NCBI RefSeq assembly: GCF_963921235.1
Contig: NC_086108.1
Span: 17,050,001-17,114,000, forward strand
Reading direction: 5' to 3'
DNA: 64,000 nt
DNA from: Mobula hypostoma
Taxonomy: Eukaryota
In this document: one piece after another, positions 49,591 through 62,074 of the stretch
How the letters are laid out: every line of letters begins with the position of its first letter
Position numbering within the stretch: the stretch's first letter is position 1
The notes under the pieces: generated by a model
The model's input: only the letters and a program-made list of their open reading frames with translations
Database searches by the model: none
What the model was told of the DNA's origin: nothing
Translations under genes and position numbers: made by a program

Positions 49591-50437
49591 ATGCAGGTCT
49601 TAAGAGGTAATGGGTCATCAAATAGAGATGCCAACCAACTGCTTAGGAATAGAACCTGCCTTGAACAGAACAAATCAAGAGACTGCATCCCTTCAGGAGG
49701 TGGCCTTGGGGACAACCATTATGAAGAAGAGATGAGCTCTGGTTTATGTCAATGTACTTACTTAACAGACAGCATCCTTAACCTTGAGGAGGGCCAATTC
49801 AATGGGGGCAAGAAATTCCCTTGCAAAGGCAACAAACAGGATCTGCCAAGAAGGATTGTGGAAGCAGTCACTTTGGAAAACTCTCCTTCAGTAAATGGGA
49901 AGAATCCTGCACAAAAAGGCAACACAAAAGATTGGAGTCCTGAAAAAGGATCCTGGAAAAAACTTGTAATAGAAAATATAGGACCAGTTGGTAGTGCAGA
50001 GAGACTTGATGATGAGATTCTTTCCGAGGAAACCTTTAATATTAGTGACTCTGGGGTTTGCAGAAGTCATTACATAAATGACTCTGGACCAAAGACTCTA
50101 TCAGAGAACCTTTCAAAAGTTAACACTTTAGATGATTCTGCTCTAAGGACTGGAGAGTGGAGTGTGGAAAATACAGACACGCTTGCCCATCTGAGTGGCC
50201 TTTGGAGGACAGATAGCTGGGAGGGTGTTGGCAGTAATGCCAGCTTGTTCTTTCTGTCAGAAAAGGTAGAACTCAACCATACCAAACTCAGACGAATGCT
50301 GTCGTCCTCTCATCGCCAGAGTGAACCTGGTATTGGCATTGAAAGCCATCCGCAGGAGAATCTTGCACAATCCAGCTCCCAACTTCAACCTTGCTTACTG
50401 GCTGACAGCTTCTCTAGGAACAAATATATCAAGCAAG
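49591..50437 (+). CDS. KIAA1614: Large coding exon of a KIAA1614-like gene (exon probably begins at 49332; coding start uncertain)
   Basis: Non-repeat open frame ending at the donor AAG|GTAAAT (50437). LSGLWRTDSWEGVGSNASLFFLSEKVELNHTKLRRML resembles recalled human KIAA1614 [37 protein letters not shown], and VTLQRKMQVLR resembles SVLESKVRALK. Acceptor catctttttag| at 49331. Confidence 0.75.
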
Positions 50438-53400
50438 GTAAATCATTTTCTGTCCAAAGACCCTTGTTATATTGTTTGGTTTGTTCATTTTTGTGTGATT
50501 CATTATCATTGGATTCCCTTCTTGACGCTGTCAATGTAACCCTTTGCTTCAAGGTGCAAATGCATACCGCTGGAGAACCTCAGCTGCGTCTGTGAAGGCA
50601 AAGTGATGGTTAATGTACTAGTTTGAGGTCCTGCATCAGGACTGAAATGAAGTTTAGTCTTTGTTGCAGAAAGAAACAGAGGGCCCAAGATTTTTCAGAT
50701 GGGAGATGGAGGTGTAGACTTCTCTACATGTAGAGATCCATGGTAAAAATGAGGTTCATGAGGAATTAGAAATGTTTAAAATGATAGAGGGCGTGAGATA
50801 TAGCTGGGAAGAGAAATGTTGAGAGGTAATAGGGTGGATTCAATCTTTTAAAAGATAAGTTCTGTGTGATCTGATGGAGGGTCTTGACTAAAAATATCAA
50901 CCATCTCTTTGCTTCCACATATGTTGTTTGACCCAATGATTCCCTCCAGCAGTTTATGTTTTCACTGCGGATTTCAGCATCTGCGGTCTCTTGTGTCTTC
51001 TCTACTTCAAAGTTTTGTCATTTAGCCAATTATAAATTTTGTCTTGACCCACGTTTCCCTCAACGGGATAAAGTAAAAAGAATGAGTTCATGACAGGGCT
51101 GACTATGGAAATTGAAGTCAATAGTTATTCTATCCACAGCAGTGCTTTTGTGTTCAAGCAGCAATTGAAAATATTGTTTTATTGCAATTTTTTTTCAGTT
51201 ACAATGAATTTATTGGAATTAGTTAGTGACACAGTACTTCAACGATTTGTGCTACTGCCACACTACTCCAGTATTTCATCCTGAGATGCTTTCTATGTGG
51301 AGCTTTCCCATTCTCCCTGTGGCTATGTGCTTCCTTTGGATGGTCCGGTTTTCTCCCACATGCCAAAGACATGCTGGTAGGTTAATCAGCTACTGTAAAT
51401 GATCCCTCAGGTAGGTGGATGACAAGAGAATTAGTAAGGAATGCATGTAAGAGAATGGACTTATTGGGAAAATAAATTGGTGGAATAGGATTGATGGGAA
51501 TCCTCTGAGAGGGAGCATCAGCTTGATGGGCCATGTCATGTTTTATAACTTCAAAACATTAAACTAATTCAAAGGAAGACACGGGAGTCGGAAATGTGTC
51601 TAACTTTGTGTTTACTTATTAAGATTACTCAAATATTACTGTAATATTAAATATACAGCAGGCCAGATGCTTTCCAACAGCAAAAAGATAAATATGAAAA
51701 TAAGATATAAAATATAAAGCTCTGTATAGAATATGTATACGTACATGTATCTGAATGCTGGGAAATCACGTTCGTGGGCTCGGGTAGTGGGGACAGAAGA
51801 GACTCACTACCAGTAAGTAGGTTAATTATTTATTTACAGGACACAACAGACATTAAATGTTCAGAAAACCCTTCAAGCTGAACTCAGTTACAGATGCTGA
51901 GCGCCCGAAGTGGCAGGACAAAACAGACATGGTGGCAAATACTGATATAAAGTGTGCACCTGGGCCCCTTTCACTGCAACACACTCTACTGTTTCTGTGG
52001 CACCCTCGACTACCAGGTCCGTATGGTCTGAAAAGAGTTACTGCACATTAGATTTAAACACTACCAGCACTATGATGTCATCAGCTAAATGTCAAGTAGT
52101 GAGAGGGGCTGCAGTGCTCCTTACACAGGCCAATCCTTAGCTAGTAAGTGGGGAGCAACTTACGCTGAACAGGTAAGATGGACACTTACTGCAACAGCTG
52201 GCCAGCAAGTTTAAAGACAGCTCTTATTTGTAGAAAAAGAGAAACAAAGAAATAAACTTATTGCTGAAGACAAGTCTCCCCTGTACTTTATACTTCATAG
52301 GCTGGGGAACTCTCATATCTATCAGTAAATTAATTACATTTTCTCCCTGTATTGCCTGATTATAGATCCTCTTTCCATGATGTCATTTGTTTTTCTCAAC
52401 CTTTGGAATGTGATTGGACTCAGATGCCACCATATATAGAATTATCTCAATGCTCTGAATAGAAAGTGCTAGAAAAATTCATCAGGTTAGGCATCTGTAG
52501 AAAAAGAAACAGGTCAAAGACTCTTCATCTATAGTGAAGAGATATGGAGTTATTGGTATTTAATAGGATATGTGGGAAGGTCTATTTGGCTTATATACTA
52601 TATCCGTAGATTCCCCTTTTCTCTTCATACATTCCTTGGAATGAAGCTGAAACAGATTCCCAAGCATTGTTTATCCTCTTTAATCCAGCTAAGTATTCAC
52701 TTTTAATTTCCTTTATCCTCTCCCATCCTGTTGAACTTAATTTAGTAACTAACTAGTACCTGGTGAAGTCCTGTTTACTGAACACCAGTGCAGCCACATT
52801 CAACAATCAACAGTTAGGTGGAGGGTGAGCAGCCAGAGGTTACTAATGACCTAGGTAGAAATGGGAAGTGGTCCTGTGTAGTGAGTATAAGGAGTTAGGA
52901 AAGAGGCTGAAGAAGTTAGTCTTCTCTGGATTACTCCAGGATTAAGTACTAGCATGGCAGCAATAGGATGATAGTACAGATGAACTGGTGCAGGGGACAG
53001 GCTTTCTAGCTCTTGGATCATTGGAATCTCCTCTGGGGCTCAGGTGACCTGTACAAGAGGGATGGTTGCACCTAAATTGGACGGGAATCAATACCCTGGC
53101 CAGAGGTTTGCAAGTGTTGCTCAGGACGGTTTAAACTAGTCTGGCAGTCTGGTTTGACCTGAACAAGAGCTCCAGGTCAGAAAGTAGAGGAATAGAGAGG
53201 AAGGTAGCTGGCAGGGCCAATAAAAACAGGCAGGAGCAAAGCAATACATATTTGACGGGACGGATAGTTTGAAGTTTGTGTATTTTAATGCTCAGAGTAT
53301 TATTAATGGTAAAAGTGATGAAAGAGCATGGATGAAAGAGCATGGAACATGGAACTACGATTGAGAAATAGTTTGTCCTCAGAAGATGGAGGGTAGTGGT

Positions 53401-53978
53401 CAAAGGGACTTATTCTAGTTAGAGATCTATAATTAATGGTGTACCACAGGGATCTGTACTGGGACCTCTGCTGTTTGTGGGGTATATAAATGACCTGGAT
53501 GAAAATGTAAATGGGTAAGTTAGTAAGTTTGCAGATGATGTGAATATTGGTGGTGTTGTGGATAGTATAGAAGACTGACTGGCAAGGAATGCAATGGGAT
53601 ATAGATCAGTTGCAGAGATGGACAGAGAAATGGCAGATGAAGCTTAACCTGACAAAATGTGAAATGTTGCTCCTTGGTAGGTTAAATGTAAAGAGACAGC
53701 ACACTGTTAAGGGCAAGACTCTTAATAGTGTTGATGAACAGAGGGATCTTGGGGTCCAAGTTCATAGCTCCCTGAAAATGGTAATACAGTTTGGTGGGAT
53801 GGTTATGAAGCTCGCCTTTATCAGTCGAGTTGTTGAGTTCAAAAGTCAGAAAGTTATGTTGCAGCTTTATAAAACTCAAGTTATGCTGATCTGGAATATT
53901 GCATACAGTTCTGGCCACCTCATTACAGGAAGGATGTGGAGGCTTTGGAGAGGGTGCAGGAAAGGTTCACTAGGATGC

Positions 53979-54741
53979 CCGCAACACACATAAAAATTGC
54001 TGGTGAACGCAGCAGGCTAGGCAGCATCTCTAGGAAGAGGTACAGTTGACGTTTCGGGCCGAGACCCTTCGTCAGGACTAACTGAAAGAAGAGATAGTTA
54101 GAGATTTGAAAGTGGGAGGGGGAGAGCGAGATCTGAAATGATAGAAGAAGACAGGAGGGAGAGGGATGGAGCTAAGAGCTGGAAAGTTGATTGGCAAAAG
54201 GGATATGAGAGGACAGAGGGAGAAAAAGGAGAGAGAGGAAAAAAATAATAATAAAAGATAAATAACGGATGGGGTACGAAGGGGAGGTGGGGCATTAACA
54301 GAAGTTAGAGAAGTCAATGTTCATCCGCTATTTATTTATCTTTTATTATTATTATTATTATTACTATTTTTCTCTCTCTCCTTTTTCTCCCTCTCACTAT
54401 ACTCCTTGCCCATCCTCTGGGCTTCCCCCCTCCCCCTTTCTTTCTCCCTAGGCCTTACGTCTGTCCCATGATCCTCTCATATCCCCTTTGCCAATCAGCT
54501 TTCCAGCTCTTGGCTCCATCCCTCCCCCTCCTGTCTTCTCCTATCAGTTTGGATCTCCCCCTCCCCCTCCCACTTTCAAATCTCTTACTAGCTCTTCTTT
54601 CAGTTAGTCCTGACAAAGGGTCTCGGCCCGAGACGTCGACTGTACCTCTTCCTAGAGATGCTGCCTGGCCTGCTGCGTTCACCAGCAATTTTTATGCGTG
54701 TTGCTTGAATTTCCAGCATCCGCAGATTTCCTCGTGTTTGT
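53979..54741. mobile_element. PLE insertion made of two inverted pseudo-LTR segments
   Basis: A minus arm (53979-~54325) and a plus arm (~54326-54741) are reverse complements of each other over ~230 bp. 14-bp TSD gttcactaggatgc (53965-53978, 54742-54755). Confidence 0.9.
54041..54084 (-). ncRNA. Minimal type I hammerhead ribozyme motif
   Basis: The reverse complement reads cagttagtc-CTGACGA-agggtctcggccc-GAAA-cGTC-aactg. Confidence 0.75.
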
Positions 54742-55315
54742 GTTCACTAGGATGCTGCCTGGATCAGGGGTATTTGCAATAACAAGAGGTTGGTCAAACT
54801 TTAGTTGTTTTCCCTGGAGCGTTGGAGGCTAAGGGGAGATCAGGTAGAGTTTTACAAAATTATGAGAGGCACATAGAGTAGACAAACAATACCTTTTTCC
54901 AGGAGTTAAAATGCCCAATACCAAAGGACATGAATTTAAGATGAAAAGGGGTAATTTCAAAAGAGGTGTGAGGGTCAAGTTTTTTTGCACAGGGAGTGAT
55001 GGGTGCCTGGAATGCACTGCCTGAGATGGTTGTAGAGGCAGAAACATGAGAGATGTTTAGATAGACACATAAATGTGAGGAAAATGGAAGGATATGGACA
55101 TTGTGTAGGCAGAAGAGATTAATTTCATTAGCTATTTGATTACTAATTTAATTGGTTTGGTACAACATTATGGGCCAAAGGCAAAAAAGGGAAAATCTGC
55201 AGATGCTGGAAATCCAAACAACACACACAAAATGCTGGAGGGACTCAGCAAGTCAGGTAGTATCTCGGAAAAGATGTTTCAGGCTGAGACACTTCATCAG
55301 GACCTGATGACTGAA

Positions 55316-56130
55316 GGACCTGTCCCTGAACTATACTGTTCTGTTTCAATCTGGCCAAGGGACCTGTCCCTGAACTGTACTATTCTGTGTCCAATCTGGC
55401 CAAGGGACCTGTCCCTGAACTATACTGTTCTGTGTTTCAATCTGACCAAGGGACCTGTCCCTGAACTATACTGTTCTCTGTTTCAATCCGGCCAAGGGAC
55501 CTGTCCCTGAACTATACGGTTCTCTGTTTCAATCTGGCCAAGGGACCTGTCCCTGAACTATACTGTTCTCTGTTTCAATCCGGCCAAGGGACCTGTCCCT
55601 GAACTATACTGTTCTCTGTTTCAATCCGGCCAAGGGACCTGTCCCTGAACTATACTGTTCTATGTTCCAATCTGGCCAAGGGACCTGTCCCTGAACTATA
55701 CTGTTCTATGTTCCAATCTGGCCAAGGGACCTGTCCCTGAACTATACTGTTCTATGTTCCAATCTGGCCAAGGGACCTGTCCCTGAACTATACTGTTCTA
55801 TGTTCCAATCTGGCCAAGGGACCTGTCCCTGAACTATACTGTTCTATGTTCCAATCTGGCCAAGGGACCTGTCCCTGAACTATACTGTTCTATGTTCCAA
55901 TCTGGCCAAGGGACCTGTCCCTGAACTATACTGTTCTATGTTCCAATCTGGCCAAGGGACCTGTCCCTGAACTATACTGTTCTATGTTCCAATCTGGCCA
56001 AGGGATCTGTCCCTGAACTGTAGTGTCCTCTGTTTCAATCCGGCCAAGGGACCTGTCCCTGAACTGTAGTGTCCTCTGTTTCAATCTGGCCAAGGGACCT
56101 GTCCCTGAACTATACTGTTCTATGTTCCAA
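55316..56130 (+). repeat. 46-bp minisatellite, ~17-18 copies
   Basis: Unit ggccaagggacctgtccctgaactatactgttctatgttccaatct; the central copies are identical. Confidence 0.97.
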
Positions 56131-56589
56131 TATGGCTGCTGGTTTTTTTCTCTCATGATGAGAACATTGTTTTATTCCCCCCTCCCCCCAACTTACTTCA
56201 GCAAATCCCTTACTGTCTTGTACTGCTTACGTAATAGTTGCCAGCAAAAGTCTTTCTGCAATTGGTCCATGCAAGCACTAAATGAAACAAGTCAACTGTG
56301 CAGAGCATGTGACGTTAAACTGTTGGATTGTTGAGGTACTGAGGTCTCATGCTTCTACTTTTCGAAACTCAGGACCTTAACTATTCATATCCTGGCTATT
56401 ATTTATCCCACAATCAACATTTCTAAAAACATATTATCTGATGATTATCATGTGGTTGCTTGTGGGAGTTTACCCAGATTGGCTTCTGCATTTCCTCCAC
56501 TGTGACTGCACTTCAGGAGTATTTCAGTATCTGTGAAGTGGTTATGATGTTGTTAAAAAAAATATGTGGCAGACAATATGTAAGTGAAA

Positions 56590-57665
56590 AAGCAACACAC
56601 ACAAAATGTTGGAGGAACTCAGCAGGTCCAACAACGTCTATGAAAATGAACAAACAGTCGAATGTTGCAGGTTGAGACCCTGCGTCAGGACTGGAAAGGA
56701 AGGAGGAAGATGCCAGAATAAAGAGGTTGAGGGAGGAGAAGGTGATAGGTGAAGCCAAGTGGGTGAGGGGGTGATGAAGTGAGAAGCCAGGAGGCAAAAG
56801 ATAAAAGGCTGAAGAAGATGAAACCTGATAGGAGAGGAGAGTGACCCATGGGAGAAAGGGAAGGAAGAGGGGCATCGGGGGAGGGAATAGGCCGGTAGAA
56901 GAAGAGAAGAAATAAGAGGAAAGCCAGTTTGGGGAATGGAAAAAGAGGGAAGGGGAGGAGGAAATTACTGGAAATTAGAGAAATTAATGTTTATGCCATT
57001 AGGTTGGAGGCTACCCAGATGGAATATGAGGGGTTGCTCCTCCAACATTAGAGTGCCCTCATCATGAGGGTAGAAGAGGCCACAGACTGGCATGTCAGAA
57101 TGAGATTGGGGATTGGAATTAAGATGGTTGGCCATTAGGAAATTCTACTTTTTGGAGATGGAGTAAAGATGTACAACTTCACAACAGTGGTCCCCCAATT
57201 TATGATAGGTCTTACCAATGTAGAGGAGACTGCTTTGGGAGCACCAGACACAGTAGACGACCCCAACAGATTTGCTGGTGAAGTCACTTGGAAGGACTAT
57301 TTAGGGCCCTGAATGGAGGTGATAGAGGTGGTGAGTGGACACGTATAGCACTTTGGCTAGCTGCAGTGATAAGTGCCAAGAGGGAGATTAATGGGGAGGG
57401 ATGAATGGACAAAGGAATTGTGGAGGGAGTGATCGCTGCAAAAAGTGTGAGCGTTGGGGAGGTAGAGATATGTTTGGTGCAGGATCCCATTGAGGATGTC
57501 GGAAGCTGCGGAGAATGATTTGCTGGTTGCGGAAGATCATGAGGTGTTAGGTAAGGACAAGAGAAATTCTATCCTGGTTAAGGCAGTGGAAAGCTTGGAG
57601 AGGGTTTATCCAGAAGATGGAGGAGGTGCAAATGAGGGCAGAGGAAGAAGAACTCCATTCTTTCA
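56590..57665 (-). mobile_element. Old Penelope-like element 3' portion (GIY-YIG remnants and pseudo-LTR)
   Basis: Diverged reverse complement of ~18870-20000. Confidence 0.78.
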
Positions 57666-58333
57666 AGAAGAAAATCAACAGTAGACGAAAGGAATCCCTT
57701 CCTTTCATATAAGTGTAAGTTCTGTTTAACAGAAAGAATAAATGTATGTACATTTAAAAAACTACAGATGCTGGAAATCTCAGGTGAAATATAAAATGCT
57801 AGAAATATAAAGTTGGGTAGCAATTACGGAAATAGAAACGGAACCAATGTTTCAGGTTGGGAATTTATTTAATTCTCCTTATAATTTTCCACGTAATTCT
57901 CCAGGCATGTCGGAGAATACTGGACTTAACATTAAATTCAACAAATTCAGGTCACTTGCTTTTTCTGTTTGTGTTAGAATTACCAGTTCTGTTGTAGGCT
58001 ACGCCCCTGTAATATCGGCTCAGTTTTAATGTCTCTACTGCCTTGGTCTGATCTGCTGGAAATTTTCTGGAACTCAATATTCCAGAACTATATTTGTTCC
58101 TTTGTTTTTTTTTCTCTCTCCAAGGGTTCTCAATGACTTATCAACCAGATGTCTTTATCCACAAATTATCCCCTCAGTAATTTTGGTCTCATCATATTTA
58201 CTTGTCCTATTTATCCCTCCCCCATTCTCTCTACGACAAAACTAAAGTTGTTTTTTCTCTTCCTGTTTTGTCAAAGGATCATCATCTTGAAATGTTACCT
58301 TAGATGCTGCCTTTCCTGAGTATCTCCTATGTA

Positions 58334-58797
58334 TGCTCAGTGGCCACTTTATTAGGTACACCTGAATACCAGCTCACCAAAGCAAATATCCAATCAGCCA
58401 ATTCTGTGGCCTCAACTCAATGAATAAAAGCATGCAGACATGGCCAAGAGATTCAGAATGGAAAAGAAATGTGATCTAGATGACTTTGACCATGTAATGA
58501 TTGTTGGTGCCAGATGGGATGGTTTGAGTATCTCAGAAAATGTTGATCTCCTGGGATTTTCACACACCGCAGTCCTAGAATGTACAGAGAATGGTGCAAG
58601 AAACAAAAAAAAAATTTAGTGAGCGGCAGTCGTGTGGGCACAAATGAGAGAGGTTAGAGGAGAAATGGCCATCTAGTTCAACTTGACAGCAAGGTGGCAG
58701 GATCTTAAATAACCATCAGTGGTCAATGCACAATGTGAAACCTTGAAGTGGATGGGCTACAGCAACAGGAGCTAGCTAATAAAATAGCCACTGAGTG
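58334..58797. mobile_element. Tc1-derived non-autonomous element (MITE)
   Basis: TIRs ctcagtggccactttattag / ctaataaaatagccactgag, flanked by TA on both sides. Confidence 0.8.
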
Positions 58798-58839
58798 TAT
58801 ATGTATGTTTTGATAATTTCAACAATTTGATTAAATTGT

Positions 58840-60055
58840 GACCCGAAGGTGGCTAGAGCAGGGATCCAAGTGAGGACTGGCAGGAAGTGGAGGGCAGAGG
58901 AAGCTGTTCAGGAGGCAGAGGCGAGGCTGCGTCACAGGAGGCTGGTGGGAGTGGTCACACGAGGCCGAGCTGGGCTAGGATCCTTTCCAACTCCCCAAAT
59001 GGACACCAGAGGGAAGGAAAGGTGTTGTCTAGTTCAGGAGGAGGTGAGAGTTGTAGTGGAGGAGACGAAAGTCTACAAGGCGGTGGGAATGAAGCAACAA
59101 GGAGCTTGGACAAAATGGGAGAACGTGGTTGAGAGGAAAGTGACCTGGGCTGATCTTTGGAAAGCCGAACCACACCGCATCCAATTTCTCATCCAGGCAG
59201 TGTACGATGTGCTTCCAAGCCCATCAAACCTGCACACATGGGGCAAGCCGAGTCATCTGCGTGCCCACTGTGCTCCAAGAGAGGAACTCTGGAGCACATC
59301 CTCAGCGGCTGCGCAAGGGCACTTGTTGAAGGACGGTACTGATGGAGGCATGATCAGGTCCTGAAGACCATCGCTGAAGCCATCAGCACAGGAGCTGGGT
59401 GGGCGAAGCGGTCCCGACCCTCCAAGCAGACCATTGCCTTTGTCAGAGCTGGGGAGCAGCCAATACCTGCCAAAAAAACATCTGCAGGCATCCTGACCTC
59501 TGCAAGGGACTGACAGCTGTTGGTGGACCTTGAACAGCAGCTAAAGTTCCCCAGCTGTATCGCAGCCACCACCCTGCGACCAGACATTGTCCTAGTGTCT
59601 GAGTCGACTAAGCAAGTGGTGCTGCTGGAGCTGACAGTCCCATGGGAAGATAGCTTGGAAGAAGCCTTTGAAAGGAAGCTCTCCAAGTACGCAGGACTGG
59701 CCAGCAACTGTCAGCAGGCTGGATGGAGAGCGAGGTGTCTCCCAGTGGAGGTTGGTTGTAGGGGATTCGCAGCCCATTCCTTAGTTAGAGCCTTCAGCAT
59801 TTTGGGCATCAAGGGAGAGAGGAAGAGGAGAGCCATCTGCAGTACCACCGATGCGGCAGAGAGAGCCTCAAGATGGCTGTGGCTCAAAAGAGAGGAGCCA
59901 TGGAGTCATAAGTAGCTAGCCATCCGGACACAAGCTGGGGTCTGGTCATCCCCTCTGGGTCACCTGGAGGAGGTTGTATGATGTTGAAAGACCCGAAACA
60001 CCCAGTGATTCCAGGAACATCACTGAAAATGTTTCCAGAAGCATCAGTAGATGTA
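58840..60055 (+). mobile_element. HERO-type RLE retrotransposon (second family), 5'-truncated
   Basis: RTGRKWRAEEAV, VYDVLPSPSNLHTWG, CPLCSKRGTLEHILSGC, LRPDIVLVSESTKQVVLLELTVPWE and PVEVGCRGFA motifs. Confidence 0.9.
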
Positions 60056-60478
60056 TGTACACAGCTAACTCCTGCTCCTTATTCAAGAAATGTGGAGGTA
60101 CATACTTTGCATGCAGCACAGTACTGTATTGAATTACAGAATAAAAGCAACGACAGAACATTGCTACAACTAGGAAAGTTAACAGAATGTTATTGTTTAT
60201 TCCTGAGAGAATTGATTACAAAGTAAGGAGCTTTTGCTTCAGTTAGCAGGAGCATTAGTGACACCATACTTGTAGTCCTGTGCTCTGCATTGATTTCATT
60301 TAAGCAGACTTCAGACCTCAATTCTTGCTGTTCCTACCAACCTGCCATTATCCAGTCTAAATCTGTCCTCTTTAATGTCTTTCATCAGCTCTCTAGATAG
60401 TTCTACAACCACCTGGTTTTCTCAATTGAAGTCCAAGCCACAGATGTAAATATTTTATTACATGTGTCCTTTTCCTAG

Positions 60479-60551
60479 GCTGTAGAATAAGTGAAAATGT
60501 CAGTGACTGTGACTCCAGGATTTTGCTACAGAAGTCTGATCGTGGACTGAG
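60479..60551 (+). CDS. KIAA1614: 73-bp internal exon of the KIAA1614-like gene
   Basis: Acceptor ccttttcctag| and donor AG|GTAAGG. Phase 1 entry matches the donor at 50437. It encodes (G)CRISENVSDCDSRILLQKSDRGL, resembling the recalled next KIAA1614 segment DVDWASGTSLQDSGQNR. Confidence 0.75.
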
Positions 60552-61007
60552 GTAAGGCGTGTGCTGCTTTTGACCACCCTTGAGTTTTACAGTAATTCAT
60601 GGTTGAGGCCCTCACTGCTCTGATAGACAGCAAATGCTTTGAACTGGAGTTATACACAGAACCAGAAGAATGTTGTTCTCTGTCATTTCTCTGTAAATGC
60701 TGTTATTCACATTTACTCAGTTTTGCTCCATAATTCTTGACATCCTTATCCAATAACGTTGTATCATTTTGAGTCTTAAAAGATTTAATCGACCCCAGAA
60801 GCATTCACTGTCAACTGCAAGAACACTTTCCAGAAATCCTTCACCCGGTGAGACTATAATGCTTCAACTGTCTTGAGCCATTATAACCCACCAATACCCA
60901 CCCAAACTGATTCTGGCATCCTGATCTTCTGAGCCAAGATAATTTCTCACTACAGTGCTAATTAACAGAAACATCCAACCTTCCTTTCCTTTCTAACTAT
61001 CCTTCTG

Positions 61008-61975
61008 AAATTGAATTGACTTTATTACTACTTCATATACATGAGGAGTAAAAATCCTTACATTATGTCTCTGTCTATGTGTGCAATGTGCAATTTATAG
61101 TAATTTATAATAAAGAGTATGTACAACAGTACAATAGTATGGCAAAATAACATAGAAATATAAGTGTATCAGCATGAATTAATCATTCGATAGCCTGATG
61201 GAAGAAGCTGTCCTGGATCCTATTGGTCCTGGCTTTTACGCTACAGTATTGTTTCCTGGATGGTAGCAGCTGGAACAGTTTGTAGTTGGGGTGACTTGGC
61301 TCCCCAGTGATCCTTTGGGCCCTTTTTACACACCTCTCTTCGTAAGTGTCCTGAATGGTGGGAAGTTCACATCTACAGATGCGCTGGGCTGTCCGGACCA
61401 CTCTCTGCAGGGTCCTGCGATTGAGGGAAGTACAGTTCCCATACCAGGCAGTGATGCAGTCAGTCAGGATGCTCTCAATTGTGCCCCTGCAGAAAGTTCT
61501 TGGGATTTGGGGGCCCATACCAAACTTCTTCAACCGTCTGAGGGGAAAGAGGTGCTGCTGTGCCTTTTTCACCACACAGCTGGTGTGTACAGACCACGTG
61601 AGGTCCTTGGTGATGTGTATGCCGAGGAACTGAAAGCTGTTCACCCTCTCAACCCCAGATCCATTGATGCCAATAGAGGTGGGTCTGTCTTCATTCCTCC
61701 TGTAATCCACAACCAGCTCCTTTGTATTTGCAACATTGAGGGAGAAGTTGTTTTCTTGACACCACTGAGTCAGGGTGATGACTTCCTCTCTGTAGGCTAC
61801 CTCAGTATTATTTGAGATTAGACCAATCAGTGTAGTTGTGTCAGCAAATTTAATTAGCAGATTGGAGCTGTGGGTGGCAACACAGTCATAGGTATACAGA
61901 GAGTAAAGGAGGGGGCTTAGGACACAGCCCTGGGGGACTCCTGTGTTGAGGGACGGGGGGCAGAGGTGAGGGACC
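61008..61975 (-). mobile_element. Rex1/Babar-type LINE 3' part
   Basis: ORF 61183-61710 (FQFLGIHITKDLTWS, IESILTDCITAWYG); same subfamily as 9246-9965. Confidence 0.88.
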
Positions 61976-62074
61976 CCATTCTACTCACTGTCAAATACTC
62001 TGCAAAATTTAGTTTCTAAACTATATTCTCCCAGAATCTATTTTTATAATGTTTATTCTACCAGTTGATCACGT

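Larger units (their letters stand above)
52770..55180 (+). mobile_element. CR1 LINE, internally deleted and decayed, with a nested PLE insertion
   Basis: ORF1 esterase-like remnants at ~52900-53140; [15 protein letters not shown] region at 53440-53550; WTEKWQMK; 3' end near 55170. Confidence 0.82.

Noticed and set aside
50438..50595. C-terminal part of ORF 49591-50595 as real protein
   Set aside because: It lies after a good splice donor at 50437 in T-rich intron-like sequence, and a phase-compatible downstream exon exists.
55316..56130. CRISPR-like array
   Set aside because: The units are contiguous with no unique spacers, there are no cas genes, and the context is eukaryotic. The same applies to the array at 43118-44000.
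58800..60070. Sequence-specific target site for the HERO elements
   Set aside because: No shared target motif, RNA-gene target or TSD is visible across the HERO copies in this window.
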